Source: an uncultured delta proteobacterium (GTDB lineage: Bacteria; Desulfobacterota; RBG-13-43-22). From it: a DNA stretch of 64,000 nt. Made by a program: the position numbers and the translations under genes. The stretch covers positions 736,001 to 800,000 of the forward strand of contig CAWBOS010000006.1 of assembly GCA_963790475.1 (NCBI GenBank), in the 5' to 3' direction. The notes beneath the pieces were generated by a model. It was not told the DNA's origin, did not search any database, and was given only the letters and a program-made list of their open reading frames with translations. Below, in pieces: positions 1 to 8,828 of the stretch. Numbering within the stretch: the stretch's first letter is position 1; every line of letters starts with the position of its first letter.

Positions 1-2
1 TG

Positions 3-1943
3 GTGGCAGCCGTAAGCCGGGAGATCGCCGAAAAGGCCCTGGACTTCATCAAGGTGGAGTACGAGGTTTTGCCTCCAGTCCTCAATCCCCTGGAGGCCCT
101 GGAACCGACATCGCCTTTAATCCATCCGGATTTATATACCAACGTCATCATCAACCCCCAACCCGGCAAAGATGATCGGCCCAGTAATGTTGCCTATCAC
201 ATGAAAGTGATTAAAGGAGATATTGAAGCCGGATTCCAGGAAGCCGATCTTATTCTGGAAAACACCTATCGGACCCAAAAGGTTCACCATGGATTTATTG
301 AGCCCTTTGCCGCTGTGGCGGCTGTGGAGGTAAACGGGAAGGTGACCATCTGGACCCAAAGCCAAGGCCTGTTCATAGCCCGGCAGATGATCGCCCAGTT
401 CTTGGGCCTGCCCCGCAACCGAGTAAAAATAGTGCCCGTGGAAATCGGTGGCGCCTTCGGGGGTAAGACCTATCAGCCGCTGGCCCCTCTTTGCGCGCTG
501 CTGGCCATAAAATCAAGACGCCCGGTCCGGATGGAAATGACTAGAGAGGAAGTGCTGGCCGACAGTCGCCCGGCCCCCGAATCCAATATTACCGTTAAGA
601 TGGGGGTTACCAGACAAGGTCTCATTACGGCCGCCTCCGTCGACCTGATTTATGATGCCGGGGCCTTTCCGGAAATGTCCCACGGGATGTTTGTCGGCGG
701 CAATGTCTTGGGTCAGTATAAAATCCCCAATGTCCGTCTGGACACCAAAGATGTGCTCACCAATAAGGTGCCCTCGGCTTATTACCGGGCACCGGGAATC
801 CCTCAGGCCCACTTTGCCGTCGAATCCCATCTGGATATCATAGCCCGTACCCTGGGCCTGGACCCCTTGCAAATGCGTATTCAAAATGTGGCCGAGGCGG
901 GGGATACCCAACCCAACGGGGAAGTCTTACCCCGGGTCGGATTTAAGGAAACCCTGGAGAGGATGGGGGAGTATTTGAAGGAGAAAGGTAACTGGACCGG
1001 CAAGAACCGGGGCCGCGGCATTGCCTGCGGGTTCTGGCACGGTGGGGTAGGAAGCTTCGGCGCCTATATTCAGGTTAACAATAACGGCTCGGTCAACCTG
1101 GTGCTCGGGATAACCGACATCTCCGGGAGCCGGACCAGTGTCGCCCAGATTGCGGCCGAAGAACTCGGTCTGCCATTAAATAAAGTAACGGTCGTCATCG
1201 GCGATACGGAAACCGCTCCCTGGGCGACTATGTCGGTGGGCAGTCTGACCGTCTATTCTTTAAGTACCGCGGTTTATCGAGCCTGTCAGGATGTGAAGAC
1301 CCAGATGGGCGCTCTGGCCGCCAAAAGTCTGGGAGTGGACCCCGCCGAACTTGAATTCTTCCAAGGACTTTTTCGGGTCAAAGGCGACAAGGGGAAGTCA
1401 ATCTCCTTTGAGGAAATAGCCCGATCTACGGCCCTGTTCTTCGGCGGGGGACCCGTCATGGGCCGGGGCGCCTTGAACGGGCTCCCCCCGGCCCCGACAT
1501 TATCCGTTCACGCCGCGGACGTGGAGGTGGACGATGAAACCGGCAAGGTCAGGATCAAGGCCTATGCCGCGGCCCAGGATGTGGGTCTGGCCATTAATCC
1601 GCTTTCCGTTGAAGGCCAAATCCAGGGCGCCGTTACTCAGGGTATCGGCTGGGCCTTGATGGAAAACTATATTTTTGAAAAGGGGATGATGCAGAATACC
1701 ACCCTTCTGGATTACAGAATGCCAACCGCCAGCGATGTTCCCATGATAGAGGTCTTGATCGTTGAGGTCGGTTCTTCCCGGGGGGTATACGGCCTGAAAC
1801 ATGTAGGTGAGCCGCCCATGATACCCGTCCTGGCGGCAATAGCCAATGCGGTTCACAGTGCTACGGGGGTGAGATTCAAAGAATTACCCCTGACTTCGGA
1901 GGTCGTATTAAAGGGCATTAGGGAACATCTCGACTCACGATAA
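3..1943 (+). CDS. Xanthine dehydrogenase/CoxL-family molybdopterin-binding large subunit (5' truncated by window edge)
   Basis: Motifs IGGAFGGK, YRAPG, VEGQIQGAVTQGIG, DYRMPT, GEPP; ORF open at window start. Confidence 0.92.
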   Translation: MAAVSREIAEKALDFIKVEYEVLPPVLNPLEALEPTSPLIHPDLYTNVIINPQPGKDDRPSNVAYHMKVIKGDIEAGFQEADLILENTYRTQKVHHGFIEPFAAVAAVEVNGKVTIWTQSQGLFIARQMIAQFLGLPRNRVKIVPVEIGGAFGGKTYQPLAPLCALLAIKSRRPVRMEMTREEVLADSRPAPESNITVKMGVTRQGLITAASVDLIYDAGAFPEMSHGMFVGGNVLGQYKIPNVRLDTKDVLTNKVPSAYYRAPGIPQAHFAVESHLDIIARTLGLDPLQMRIQNVAEAGDTQPNGEVLPRVGFKETLERMGEYLKEKGNWTGKNRGRGIACGFWHGGVGSFGAYIQVNNNGSVNLVLGITDISGSRTSVAQIAAEELGLPLNKVTVVIGDTETAPWATMSVGSLTVYSLSTAVYRACQDVKTQMGALAAKSLGVDPAELEFFQGLFRVKGDKGKSISFEEIARSTALFFGGGPVMGRGALNGLPPAPTLSVHAADVEVDDETGKVRIKAYAAAQDVGLAINPLSVEGQIQGAVTQGIGWALMENYIFEKGMMQNTTLLDYRMPTASDVPMIEVLIVEVGSSRGVYGLKHVGEPPMIPVLAAIANAVHSATGVRFKELPLTSEVVLKGIREHLDSR

Positions 1944-2289
1944 CCGTTTCATTTTTACTCTTGCCCCTTCGCGAACGGCGATTTTTTTGTTTGCGGATTT
2001 TTTCGGCCTGCTGTTGATGAAGACTTATTCCGCTTTGAAGGGCCTCCACTTTCTCGGCCAGAAGCCGCCAGGCCAGAAAGCGGTTTAAGGCCTGGGATCG
2101 CTCCTTCTGCATCTTGACCTCCAGGCCGGTAGGGAGATGCTTTAAATAAACGGCCGAGGAAGTTTTATTGACCTTCTGTCCGCCCGACCCCTGGGAGCGG
2201 ATGAACTGCTCGATCACCTCTTCTTCCCGGATGTTCAATTTTAAAAGGGTTTTCTGTAAGGCTTTTTGTTTTTCGGGACTGACGGCCAT
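1918..2289 (-). CDS. arfB: Peptidyl-tRNA hydrolase / alternative ribosome rescue factor (ArfB/YaeJ-like)
   Basis: GSGGQKVNK (GGQ motif), ERSQALNR, basic C-terminal tail. Confidence 0.88.
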   Translation of the reverse strand: MAVSPEKQKALQKTLLKLNIREEEVIEQFIRSQGSGGQKVNKTSSAVYLKHLPTGLEVKMQKERSQALNRFLAWRLLAEKVEALQSGISLHQQQAEKIRKQKNRRSRRGKSKNETVIVSRDVP

Positions 2290-2294
2290 ATCAC

Positions 2295-3245
2295 CTAAGA
2301 AATCACAGGAAGTTTTTGGGGGAGAATTTGAAACCGGGCCGGAAGGCGGCCCACCAGTTCCCCGTCCAGATCGATGAGGACCTCTTCTTCGGAGGTCAGT
2401 TCAATGGTCCGGGCCTGAAAGGTCTTGACTTTAGGGTGTTCGGCGATATTCCCGCGATAAAGACGGGTGATATTGGTCAACACCTCTGTTTTAGACACAT
2501 CACCGATAACTACCAGATTGAAAAAACCATCATTCACACGAGCTTCCGGGGCTACCCACATCCCTCCACCGAAATATTGTCCATTGGCGATTACGATGGA
2601 ACTGGCCCTTACTTCAAAATCTTCTTTTTCATCAATAGCGATATGAACCTTTTTGTTTTGGTACCGGAACAGGGTTACCAGGACCCCTTTTAAAAAACTG
2701 AGTTTTCCCCCCAGCCTCTTGGAGTGACTGTTTACATAGCGGACCAGATCCCCGCCGAACCCCACATCGGTAACATTGACAAAATACCGTTGGACCGGAC
2801 GGCCCTCCAGATCTGTAAAACTGACTTGTCCGATATCGATAGGATGGGCTGAGCCTTGCCGGGCCTGCCGGGCGGCATCAGAAAGGGAATGGGAAATCCC
2901 CAGGGTGCGAACCAGATCGGCGCCGGTCCCGCTGGGCAAAAGGGCCAAGGGAATCGGCGCGGAAGAGTTGTTTACAATTCCGTTGACCACTTCATTAAAG
3001 GTGCCGTCTCCGCCATGGACGGCTATGGTGGTGACGCCGAGGTCGACGGCTTTTTGGGCCAGTTCACGGGCCTGACCGGGGTGGGTGGTGTGCCAGGCTT
3101 CAAAGGGAGGCAAAAGATTCCGAAATAAGGTTTCGTTCTCGGGCCACTGCCGGCCTGTTCTGCCATCGGCGCTGGCCGGGTTGGCGATCACGATCCAGGA
3201 GGGACTTTTTGACAAGTCTTGACTCAAGGGGGCTCCAAATATCAA
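2295..3245 (-). CDS. Diacylglycerol kinase family lipid kinase (YegS/DgkB-like); start uncertain
   Basis: IANPAS, HGGDGTFNEVVNG, PSGTGADL, NGQYFGGG, DGE motifs. Confidence 0.9.
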   Translation of the reverse strand: MIFGAPLSQDLSKSPSWIVIANPASADGRTGRQWPENETLFRNLLPPFEAWHTTHPGQARELAQKAVDLGVTTIAVHGGDGTFNEVVNGIVNNSSAPIPLALLPSGTGADLVRTLGISHSLSDAARQARQGSAHPIDIGQVSFTDLEGRPVQRYFVNVTDVGFGGDLVRYVNSHSKRLGGKLSFLKGVLVTLFRYQNKKVHIAIDEKEDFEVRASSIVIANGQYFGGGMWVAPEARVNDGFFNLVVIGDVSKTEVLTNITRLYRGNIAEHPKVKTFQARTIELTSEEEVLIDLDGELVGRLPARFQILPQKLPVIS

Positions 3246-3268
3246 AAAATTGGATATTGAATTTTGAA

Positions 3269-4456
3269 TTACAGATTCTGTAAGGCCTGCCCGGCTTTTT
3301 GACCCAGTTGGAAAGCGGCCTCGATCCCCTGGGGTCCGGGAACAAATTGAATCTTCAGGCCCGGATCGATCAATTCAAATTTTGCCTCTTCCAGTTCCTT
3401 GTTGATCAGCTTGACGGCTTCGCCGCTCCAGCCATAAGAGCCGAAGGCGGCAGCGATTTTTTTGACGGGTTTCAGCCCCTTCATATAAGTCAGAAAATCC
3501 ATGACTGTCGGAAAAATACCGTTGTTCATAGTGGGGGATCCCACCAGAACCGCTCCGGCATCCAGAATTTCGGTCATGACCTCGCTCCGATGACAGGTTC
3601 TGAGATGCATGGGCTTGGCCTCCACTCCGGCCTGACATAACCCGTCCACGATGGCCTCGGCCAGTTTTTGGGTACTTTTCCACATGGTGTCGTAAACAAT
3701 TACGGCCTTCTTTTTCGGTTTCTGTTGGCCCCATTCCACATAGGCCTTAATAATCTTGGCCGGGTCCTGCCTCCATATGACTCCGTGGTCGGGACAAATC
3801 GTCTTGAGCGCCAGACCCATTTGATGGACCTTGTCCACCAACTGCAGGACCAGAGGGGCGTACAACAACAAAATATTGGCGAAATAGGATTTAGCCTGAC
3901 CCATGACGGCCTCTCCCCCTTGGTCGTCAAATCTTTCCGGACCGGCATAGTGCTGGCCGAAGGCATCACTGGAAAAGAGCAGTTCCTCTTCTTTCATATA
4001 GGAAAACATACTGTCCGGCCAGTGAAGCATCCGGGTTTCCAAAAAGGTCAAGGTCCTTTTCCCCAAATTCAACACCCCGCCGTTTTCCACCGGTTTATAA
4101 TTCCATTTTTCCGGGAAATGGAGAGAGAGATTCTTTTGCCCCACCTTCGAACAATACAGGGGTTTGTCTTCTCCGATTTTATGCATGACCCGGGGCAGTC
4201 CGCCGGAATGGTCCATCTCCGTATGATTGCTGATCACATAATCTATTTTTTTGGGGTCGATGATCTGAGCAATGCTCTCCAAAAGGTTATCGGCGAATTC
4301 CTTTTTGACCGTGTCGATCAAGGTCACTTTTTCATCCAGGATCAAATAGGCGTTATAGGTGGAACCCTGAGGAGTGGCATGCCCATGAAATTCCCTCAGG
4401 TTCCAATCGACAGCCCCGACCCAAAAAATATCTTTAACAATTTCTATCGGTTTCAT
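3269..4456 (-). CDS. fprA: Flavodiiron protein (FprA / rubredoxin:oxygen or NO oxidoreductase)
   Basis: NHTEMDH, HWPDSM, SSDAFGQH, flavodoxin domain with FGSYGWSGEA. Confidence 0.95.
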   Translation of the reverse strand: MKPIEIVKDIFWVGAVDWNLREFHGHATPQGSTYNAYLILDEKVTLIDTVKKEFADNLLESIAQIIDPKKIDYVISNHTEMDHSGGLPRVMHKIGEDKPLYCSKVGQKNLSLHFPEKWNYKPVENGGVLNLGKRTLTFLETRMLHWPDSMFSYMKEEELLFSSDAFGQHYAGPERFDDQGGEAVMGQAKSYFANILLLYAPLVLQLVDKVHQMGLALKTICPDHGVIWRQDPAKIIKAYVEWGQQKPKKKAVIVYDTMWKSTQKLAEAIVDGLCQAGVEAKPMHLRTCHRSEVMTEILDAGAVLVGSPTMNNGIFPTVMDFLTYMKGLKPVKKIAAAFGSYGWSGEAVKLINKELEEAKFELIDPGLKIQFVPGPQGIEAAFQLGQKAGQALQNL

Positions 4457-4622
4457 AATTTCTACCTCTGCTTATTAATGATGATTAAAGAAAGAAAAGG
4501 CAAAAGGCCGGTTTAGTTCAGAGTGCGAAGTTCGGAGCAAAAACCTAATACTCCGAATATCAACTTGTATTTCAAAAACCTCGAATCCTGTTTGAACGCA
4601 AAAAAGTTTAGGACACCTATTA

Positions 4623-5705
4623 TTATTGTAAAAGAGGCAAAGAAATTTTGACTATAGTCCCTTTCCCTTCTTCACTTTCCAACACCAAGGTGCCTCCGGG
4701 ATGCTCTTCGATAATCTTCTTGGAAACGATAAGTCCCAAACCTGTGCCCTGTTGTTTGGTGGTAAAAAAGGGGGTGAATAGTTTGTCCCGGTCTTTGGGC
4801 TGGATCCCGGGGCCATTGTCGGAAATGCTGATTTCCACCCGGTCAGGTAACCGTCGGGAGCCGATAGTCAGGCTCCCCCCCCTTTCCATGGCCTCCATGG
4901 CGTTTTTGACCAAATTTAAGAAGACCTGTTTCAACTTACCCGGATCACCTTCCACAAACAAAGGATCTTCGTCTGTCTCCAATTGAAGAGATATATCGGA
5001 AACCTTACAATCCTCTTTGGATAAAGAATAAATCTCTTTCAACAGGGTGTTGATATTGACCTTTTCGAAACTCAATTTTTGAGGACGGTACACTTCCTTA
5101 AGTTCCAGAATAAGATTTTCCAAGCGCTGGACCTCATCGGTAATAATTTTGAGCTTGGACTGACTCTTCTCATCCTGGACTGTTCGCGAAAGCTGCCTGG
5201 CGAATCCGCCGATCATGATCAAAGGATTTTTGATCTCATGGGTGATTTCCGCCACCATTTGACCCAAGGCGGCCAGACGTTCGGATTGGGCGACCTGTTC
5301 TTGAAGGGCCTTTGTTTCCGACAGGTCTCTTATGATTCCGGTAAAATAAAGCCGGCCCTCTACTTCCGAAACTGAAAAAGAAATGGAGAGAGGGAACTTC
5401 TCTCCACTCTTTCGTGTCGTCAGAAATTCGGTTTGATGGCCGATGAGTTTGGATTTCCGGGTCTCTAAAAACCGGGATACCGCCTGTTTGTGACCTTGCT
5501 CGCACTCCGGAGAGAGAATCAATCCCAAGTCTTTTCCGATGACCTCCTCCCGGGAATATCCGAATATCTTTTCGGCGGCCTTATTAAAAATGATCACCTG
5601 ATGGTTTTCATCAATGGTAACAAACCCCTCGTTGGTATTTTCGGTTGCTCCCCGAAGGATAACCGCTTCCCGATTAGAAGAGGGGCTCTCCCCATTTTTT
5701 TCCAT
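4623..5705 (-). CDS. PAS-domain sensor histidine kinase (FixL-like PAS), cytoplasmic
   Basis: PAS FNKAAEKIFGYSREEVIG; H-box HEIKNPL; N, G1 (DNGPGI), F and G2 (GTGLGL) boxes. Confidence 0.92.
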   Translation of the reverse strand: MEKNGESPSSNREAVILRGATENTNEGFVTIDENHQVIIFNKAAEKIFGYSREEVIGKDLGLILSPECEQGHKQAVSRFLETRKSKLIGHQTEFLTTRKSGEKFPLSISFSVSEVEGRLYFTGIIRDLSETKALQEQVAQSERLAALGQMVAEITHEIKNPLIMIGGFARQLSRTVQDEKSQSKLKIITDEVQRLENLILELKEVYRPQKLSFEKVNINTLLKEIYSLSKEDCKVSDISLQLETDEDPLFVEGDPGKLKQVFLNLVKNAMEAMERGGSLTIGSRRLPDRVEISISDNGPGIQPKDRDKLFTPFFTTKQQGTGLGLIVSKKIIEEHPGGTLVLESEEGKGTIVKISLPLLQ

Positions 5706-5719
5706 TCAGGGACGGCCTC

Positions 5720-5878
5720 TTATTCCTGTTCAAACTTGTCTTTGGTGGCCCCGCAAACCGGGCAGGTCCAATCCTCGGGCAGGTCTTCAAATCGGGTCCC
5801 TGGTTTAATCCCATTATCGGGATCGCCATTCGCCGGATCGTAAATATAGCCGCATACCGAACAGACATATTTTGCCAT
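5720..5878 (-). CDS. Rubredoxin (52 aa), absent from the ORF track
   Basis: Manual translation [52 protein letters not shown] with two CxxCG motifs; GAGGAG-like RBS upstream. Confidence 0.97.
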   Translation of the reverse strand: MAKYVCSVCGYIYDPANGDPDNGIKPGTRFEDLPEDWTCPVCGATKDKFEQE

Positions 5879-5904
5879 TTCTTGAATCTCCTCTCGTCTG
5901 GTTA

Positions 5905-6105
5905 TTAATCGACTACCTCATAGCCCGCTTTTTTTATCTTATCTTTAATCAGGGTCTTGTCAACCGGTTTTGTTTCATTAAAGGTAGCCTGGCCTTTTTC
6001 AAGATCGACGGTCACATCCTGAAGTCCTTCGATCTCTTTTAAGGCTTTGGTTGCCGCCATGACACAGTGCTGACAGGACATGCCTTTGATTTTAATCGTC
6101 GTCAT
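5905..6105 (-). CDS. copZ: Copper chaperone (HMA domain)
   Basis: GMSCQHC motif, C-terminal AGY, 66 aa. Confidence 0.93.
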   Translation of the reverse strand: MTTIKIKGMSCQHCVMAATKALKEIEGLQDVTVDLEKGQATFNETKPVDKTLIKDKIKKAGYEVVD

Positions 6106-6135
6106 TCTGATATTCCTTTCGTCTAATTAAATGGT

Positions 6136-6240
6136 GGACGGTTTAAGGTCCGAGGTTTAAGAAAAAGAATCTTTATGAGAGTTTTTTCCCTCAAGCCTCA
6201 CGCCTTTTTCCTTTAACCTGAACCCTTACACCTTGAACCT
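6136..6240. repeat. Degenerate 7-nt periodic repeats in inverted arrangement
   Basis: ggtttaa-ggtccga-ggtttaa opposite cctttaa-cctgaac-ccttaca-ccttgaa. Confidence 0.6.
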
Positions 6241-7409
6241 CACACCCCCTTCTTATATAAGGGCGACATGGCCCTTAAGGTTTGAACCACATCCTTCAAT
6301 ACCGTCAAAAAGCGGTCGATTTCAGCTTCCGTGTTTTCCTTCCCGAAGGTGATGACCAGGGTCCCCTGGGCATCGGCGAAATCCCGGTTTATGGCCAAAA
6401 GGACGTGAGAGGCCTGGAGGGCGCCCGCGGCGCAGGCCGAGCGGGTGGAGACCAGGATTTTTTCCTCATCCAACATAAGCACAATCCCTTCGCCCTCAAT
6501 GTATCTGATGGATACCGAAACCAGATTAGGCAGGGACAGTTCCGGGTGTCCGTTGATGAAAATGTCTTCGATGTTATCCTTCAGGCCCTGGATCAATTTC
6601 TTTTTAAGGCCGAGGCAATGGTTGATCCGGGAATCCATATCACGAAGAGCCAGGTCGGCCGCCGCCCCCAGACCGATAATGCTGATAAGGTTTTCGGTTC
6701 CGGCCCGTTTGTTGTTTTCCTGGACTCCCCCATCCAATAAAGGCCATAGGCTGGTCCCCGAACGGATATAAAGACCGCCGACACCCGAAGGGCCGTAAAA
6801 CTGATTGGCCGAAAAGCTTAACAGGTCCACCCCTAACTTTTGCACATCCACCGGAACCACACCCACGGAGGTCACGGCATCGCAATGGAAGGGGATTTTT
6901 CTTTCCCGGGTGATCCGGCCGATCTCTTCGATAGGTTGGAGGGTGCCGATCTCATTATTGCTGTGCATGACGGTAACCAGAATGGTTTCTTCGGTGATCG
7001 CTTTGGCAATATCCTCGGGATTCACCCGGCCGTTTTCATCCACCGGCATTGAGCTGACCTTATAATCCATCATCCGCAGCCGGCGCAGGGTCCGAAGGAC
7101 AGCGTTATGTTCGATGTTGGAGGTGATGATATGTTTTCCTTTTTTGGCATTGGCCAGGGCCACTCCTTTGATGGCCTGGTTAATGGACTCGGTCCCACCG
7201 GAGGTAAAAACGATCTCTTGCGGAGAGGGGCTGTTGACTAAACGGGCTGCCGACTCCCGGGCCTTTTCCAGGGCCTCGGCGGCCAGGTCTCCCACCTGGT
7301 GGGGGCTGGAAGGATTACCGTGATTGGCCCGAATGGCCGCAATCATGGCCTCCTGGACTTCCGGCAAAAGGGGATTGGCGGAGAGATAGTCGAGATAGAT
7401 CAGTTCCAT
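6240..7409 (-). CDS. IscS/NifS-like protein with atypical active site (HK replaced by NQ)
   Basis: FTSGGTE, IEH, NNEIGT, SAC loop cysteine; SANQFYGP in place of SxHKxYGP. Confidence 0.9.
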   Translation of the reverse strand: MELIYLDYLSANPLLPEVQEAMIAAIRANHGNPSSPHQVGDLAAEALEKARESAARLVNSPSPQEIVFTSGGTESINQAIKGVALANAKKGKHIITSNIEHNAVLRTLRRLRMMDYKVSSMPVDENGRVNPEDIAKAITEETILVTVMHSNNEIGTLQPIEEIGRITRERKIPFHCDAVTSVGVVPVDVQKLGVDLLSFSANQFYGPSGVGGLYIRSGTSLWPLLDGGVQENNKRAGTENLISIIGLGAAADLALRDMDSRINHCLGLKKKLIQGLKDNIEDIFINGHPELSLPNLVSVSIRYIEGEGIVLMLDEEKILVSTRSACAAGALQASHVLLAINRDFADAQGTLVITFGKENTEAEIDRFLTVLKDVVQTLRAMSPLYKKGV

Positions 7410-7426
7410 CAGTCACCTTCCTTCTA

Positions 7427-7969
7427 TTAAAGCTTCTTCAGCATTTTGCCGCATCCGACACAGAACAGGTCCTCTTCGGTCACTTCCTTACTGCAGTATG
7501 GACAATAGCATTTTCCCCCCTCTTCCTGATCATGATCATGTTCATGTTTATCTTCCCTCTGAGGTTTCGGGCGGACGATTCCGGCCTTTTTGTCTTCATA
7601 ATCCTGGATGGCCAGATGAAGGGCATCGGCTCCCAGATTGGAGCAGTGGAGTTTGTTTTTGGGCAATCCCTCCAGGGCTTCGGCCACGGATTTGTTGCTG
7701 ATTTTTTTGGCCTCGGCCAAGGTCTTGCCTTTGGCCATCTCGGTGAGCATACTGGAAACGGCGATGGCCGCCCCGCAGCCAAAGGTTTTAAACTTGATGT
7801 CTTTAATGGTATCCTCTTCGATCTTCAGGTAGATAGTCATCATGTCGCCGCATAAGGGATTGCCTATCTCGCCTACCCCATCGGGATTTTCGATCTCTCC
7901 TACATTTCGGGGATTCTTAAAATGATCCATTACGGTAGCTGAATACATTGCCTTTTCCTCCTCTTCCAT
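7427..7969 (-). CDS. iscU: Fe-S scaffold IscU/NifU with C-terminal His-rich linker and zinc ribbon
   Basis: DHFKNPRNVG, CGD, FGCGAAIA, KLHCS; C-terminal CPYC...CVGC. Confidence 0.93.
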   Translation of the reverse strand: MEEEEKAMYSATVMDHFKNPRNVGEIENPDGVGEIGNPLCGDMMTIYLKIEEDTIKDIKFKTFGCGAAIAVSSMLTEMAKGKTLAEAKKISNKSVAEALEGLPKNKLHCSNLGADALHLAIQDYEDKKAGIVRPKPQREDKHEHDHDQEEGGKCYCPYCSKEVTEEDLFCVGCGKMLKKL

Positions 7970-8009
7970 CCGTGGTTCATTGCCGGATAGCCATTTTTCG
8001 CAAAATTCC

Positions 8010-8023
8010 TTGATCTAAGTCAA
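8010..8023. promoter_or_regulatory. Putative CRP/FNR-family binding site upstream of iscU
   Basis: TTGATctaaGTCAA, one mismatch from TTGAT-N4-ATCAA. Confidence 0.5.
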
Positions 8024-8167
8024 AGATAATAAAGAAACTATTTCCTTTTTTCAGGAATCCATCGACAATGATACTTATAGATACTAATCATGATGAAAAT
8101 AATTGTAAAGAGGGGCCGGGAAGTTTCCGTTTAATACTCTGAAAAAAGGGAAAGGTCCGGTGCTCCC

Positions 8168-8500
8168 TTAGTAGGGTATCTTGGTCAGGGGTCGCCGTTC
8201 CGGGACATAAGGATGAGGACCTTCGGACTCATTCCAGGCCTTGGAGACATAGAGGTTACAATAACAACTTCCGTAATCCGCCACATCCTGAGTCCGGTAA
8301 ACACAGGGGCAGATGATGTCCTGGTCGAGCGACCGGACTCCGGAGGCCAGACGACAGGGGCAGCACATATAGCCATACCGTTCCTTATTAAGAAGCAGGC
8401 CCGTGAGCAGGTCGTTGACCCTGTCCCGGTCTTTGTTAAAGAAATAACCTTTTGGTTCCTGGGCTTTCTTTAACAATTCATACAGTTCATTTTCATTCAT
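8168..8500 (-). CDS. Ferredoxin:thioredoxin (glutaredoxin) reductase catalytic subunit
   Basis: CPCR, CPC and CYC motifs; overlaps glutaredoxin stop (ATGA). Confidence 0.93.
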   Translation of the reverse strand: MNENELYELLKKAQEPKGYFFNKDRDRVNDLLTGLLLNKERYGYMCCPCRLASGVRSLDQDIICPCVYRTQDVADYGSCYCNLYVSKAWNESEGPHPYVPERRPLTKIPY

Positions 8501-8745
8501 AACCCGAGGGCTCCTTTGATTTCATCTTCTTTAAAACCGACGATACACTTGTCACCGATGAGGATGGTAGGGAAGGAGCAGTTGGGGTTATATTTTTTTA
8601 CCTCTTCAATCATGTCGGCCCGTTCCTGCCCTTGAAGCTGATCCACGTCAATAAAGTCATAGGGGACTCCCAACTCGTCAAGAAATTGTTTGGTGTGTTT
8701 ACAATGGCTGCAGGTACTCAAGGTGTAAATTTTGACCGGCGGCAT
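8497..8745 (-). CDS. Glutaredoxin family protein
   Basis: TCSHC, SFPT cis-Pro, VGF. Confidence 0.92.
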   Translation of the reverse strand: MPPVKIYTLSTCSHCKHTKQFLDELGVPYDFIDVDQLQGQERADMIEEVKKYNPNCSFPTILIGDKCIVGFKEDEIKGALGL

Positions 8746-8780
8746 AATATCCCCCTTAATCGTTTTATTAAAGTGATAAT

Positions 8781-8810
8781 ATTATAGCAATGGTAAGGAA
8801 ATAAAAGCAA
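8781..8810 (-). promoter_or_regulatory. Sigma70-type promoter for grx-ftr
   Basis: TTGCTT-N18-TATAAT with extended TGn. Confidence 0.65.
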
Positions 8811-8828
8811 TTGGTTTCTCAATGGCGA

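Noticed and set aside
3668-4516. 282-aa plus-strand ORF, and similar long antisense ORFs (16780-17427, 29898-30590, 54124-54906)
   Set aside because: Antisense to well-supported genes with no recognisable motifs
5674-5868. 64-aa ORF in the track
   Set aside because: Wrong-frame shadow of the rubredoxin gene at 5720-5878
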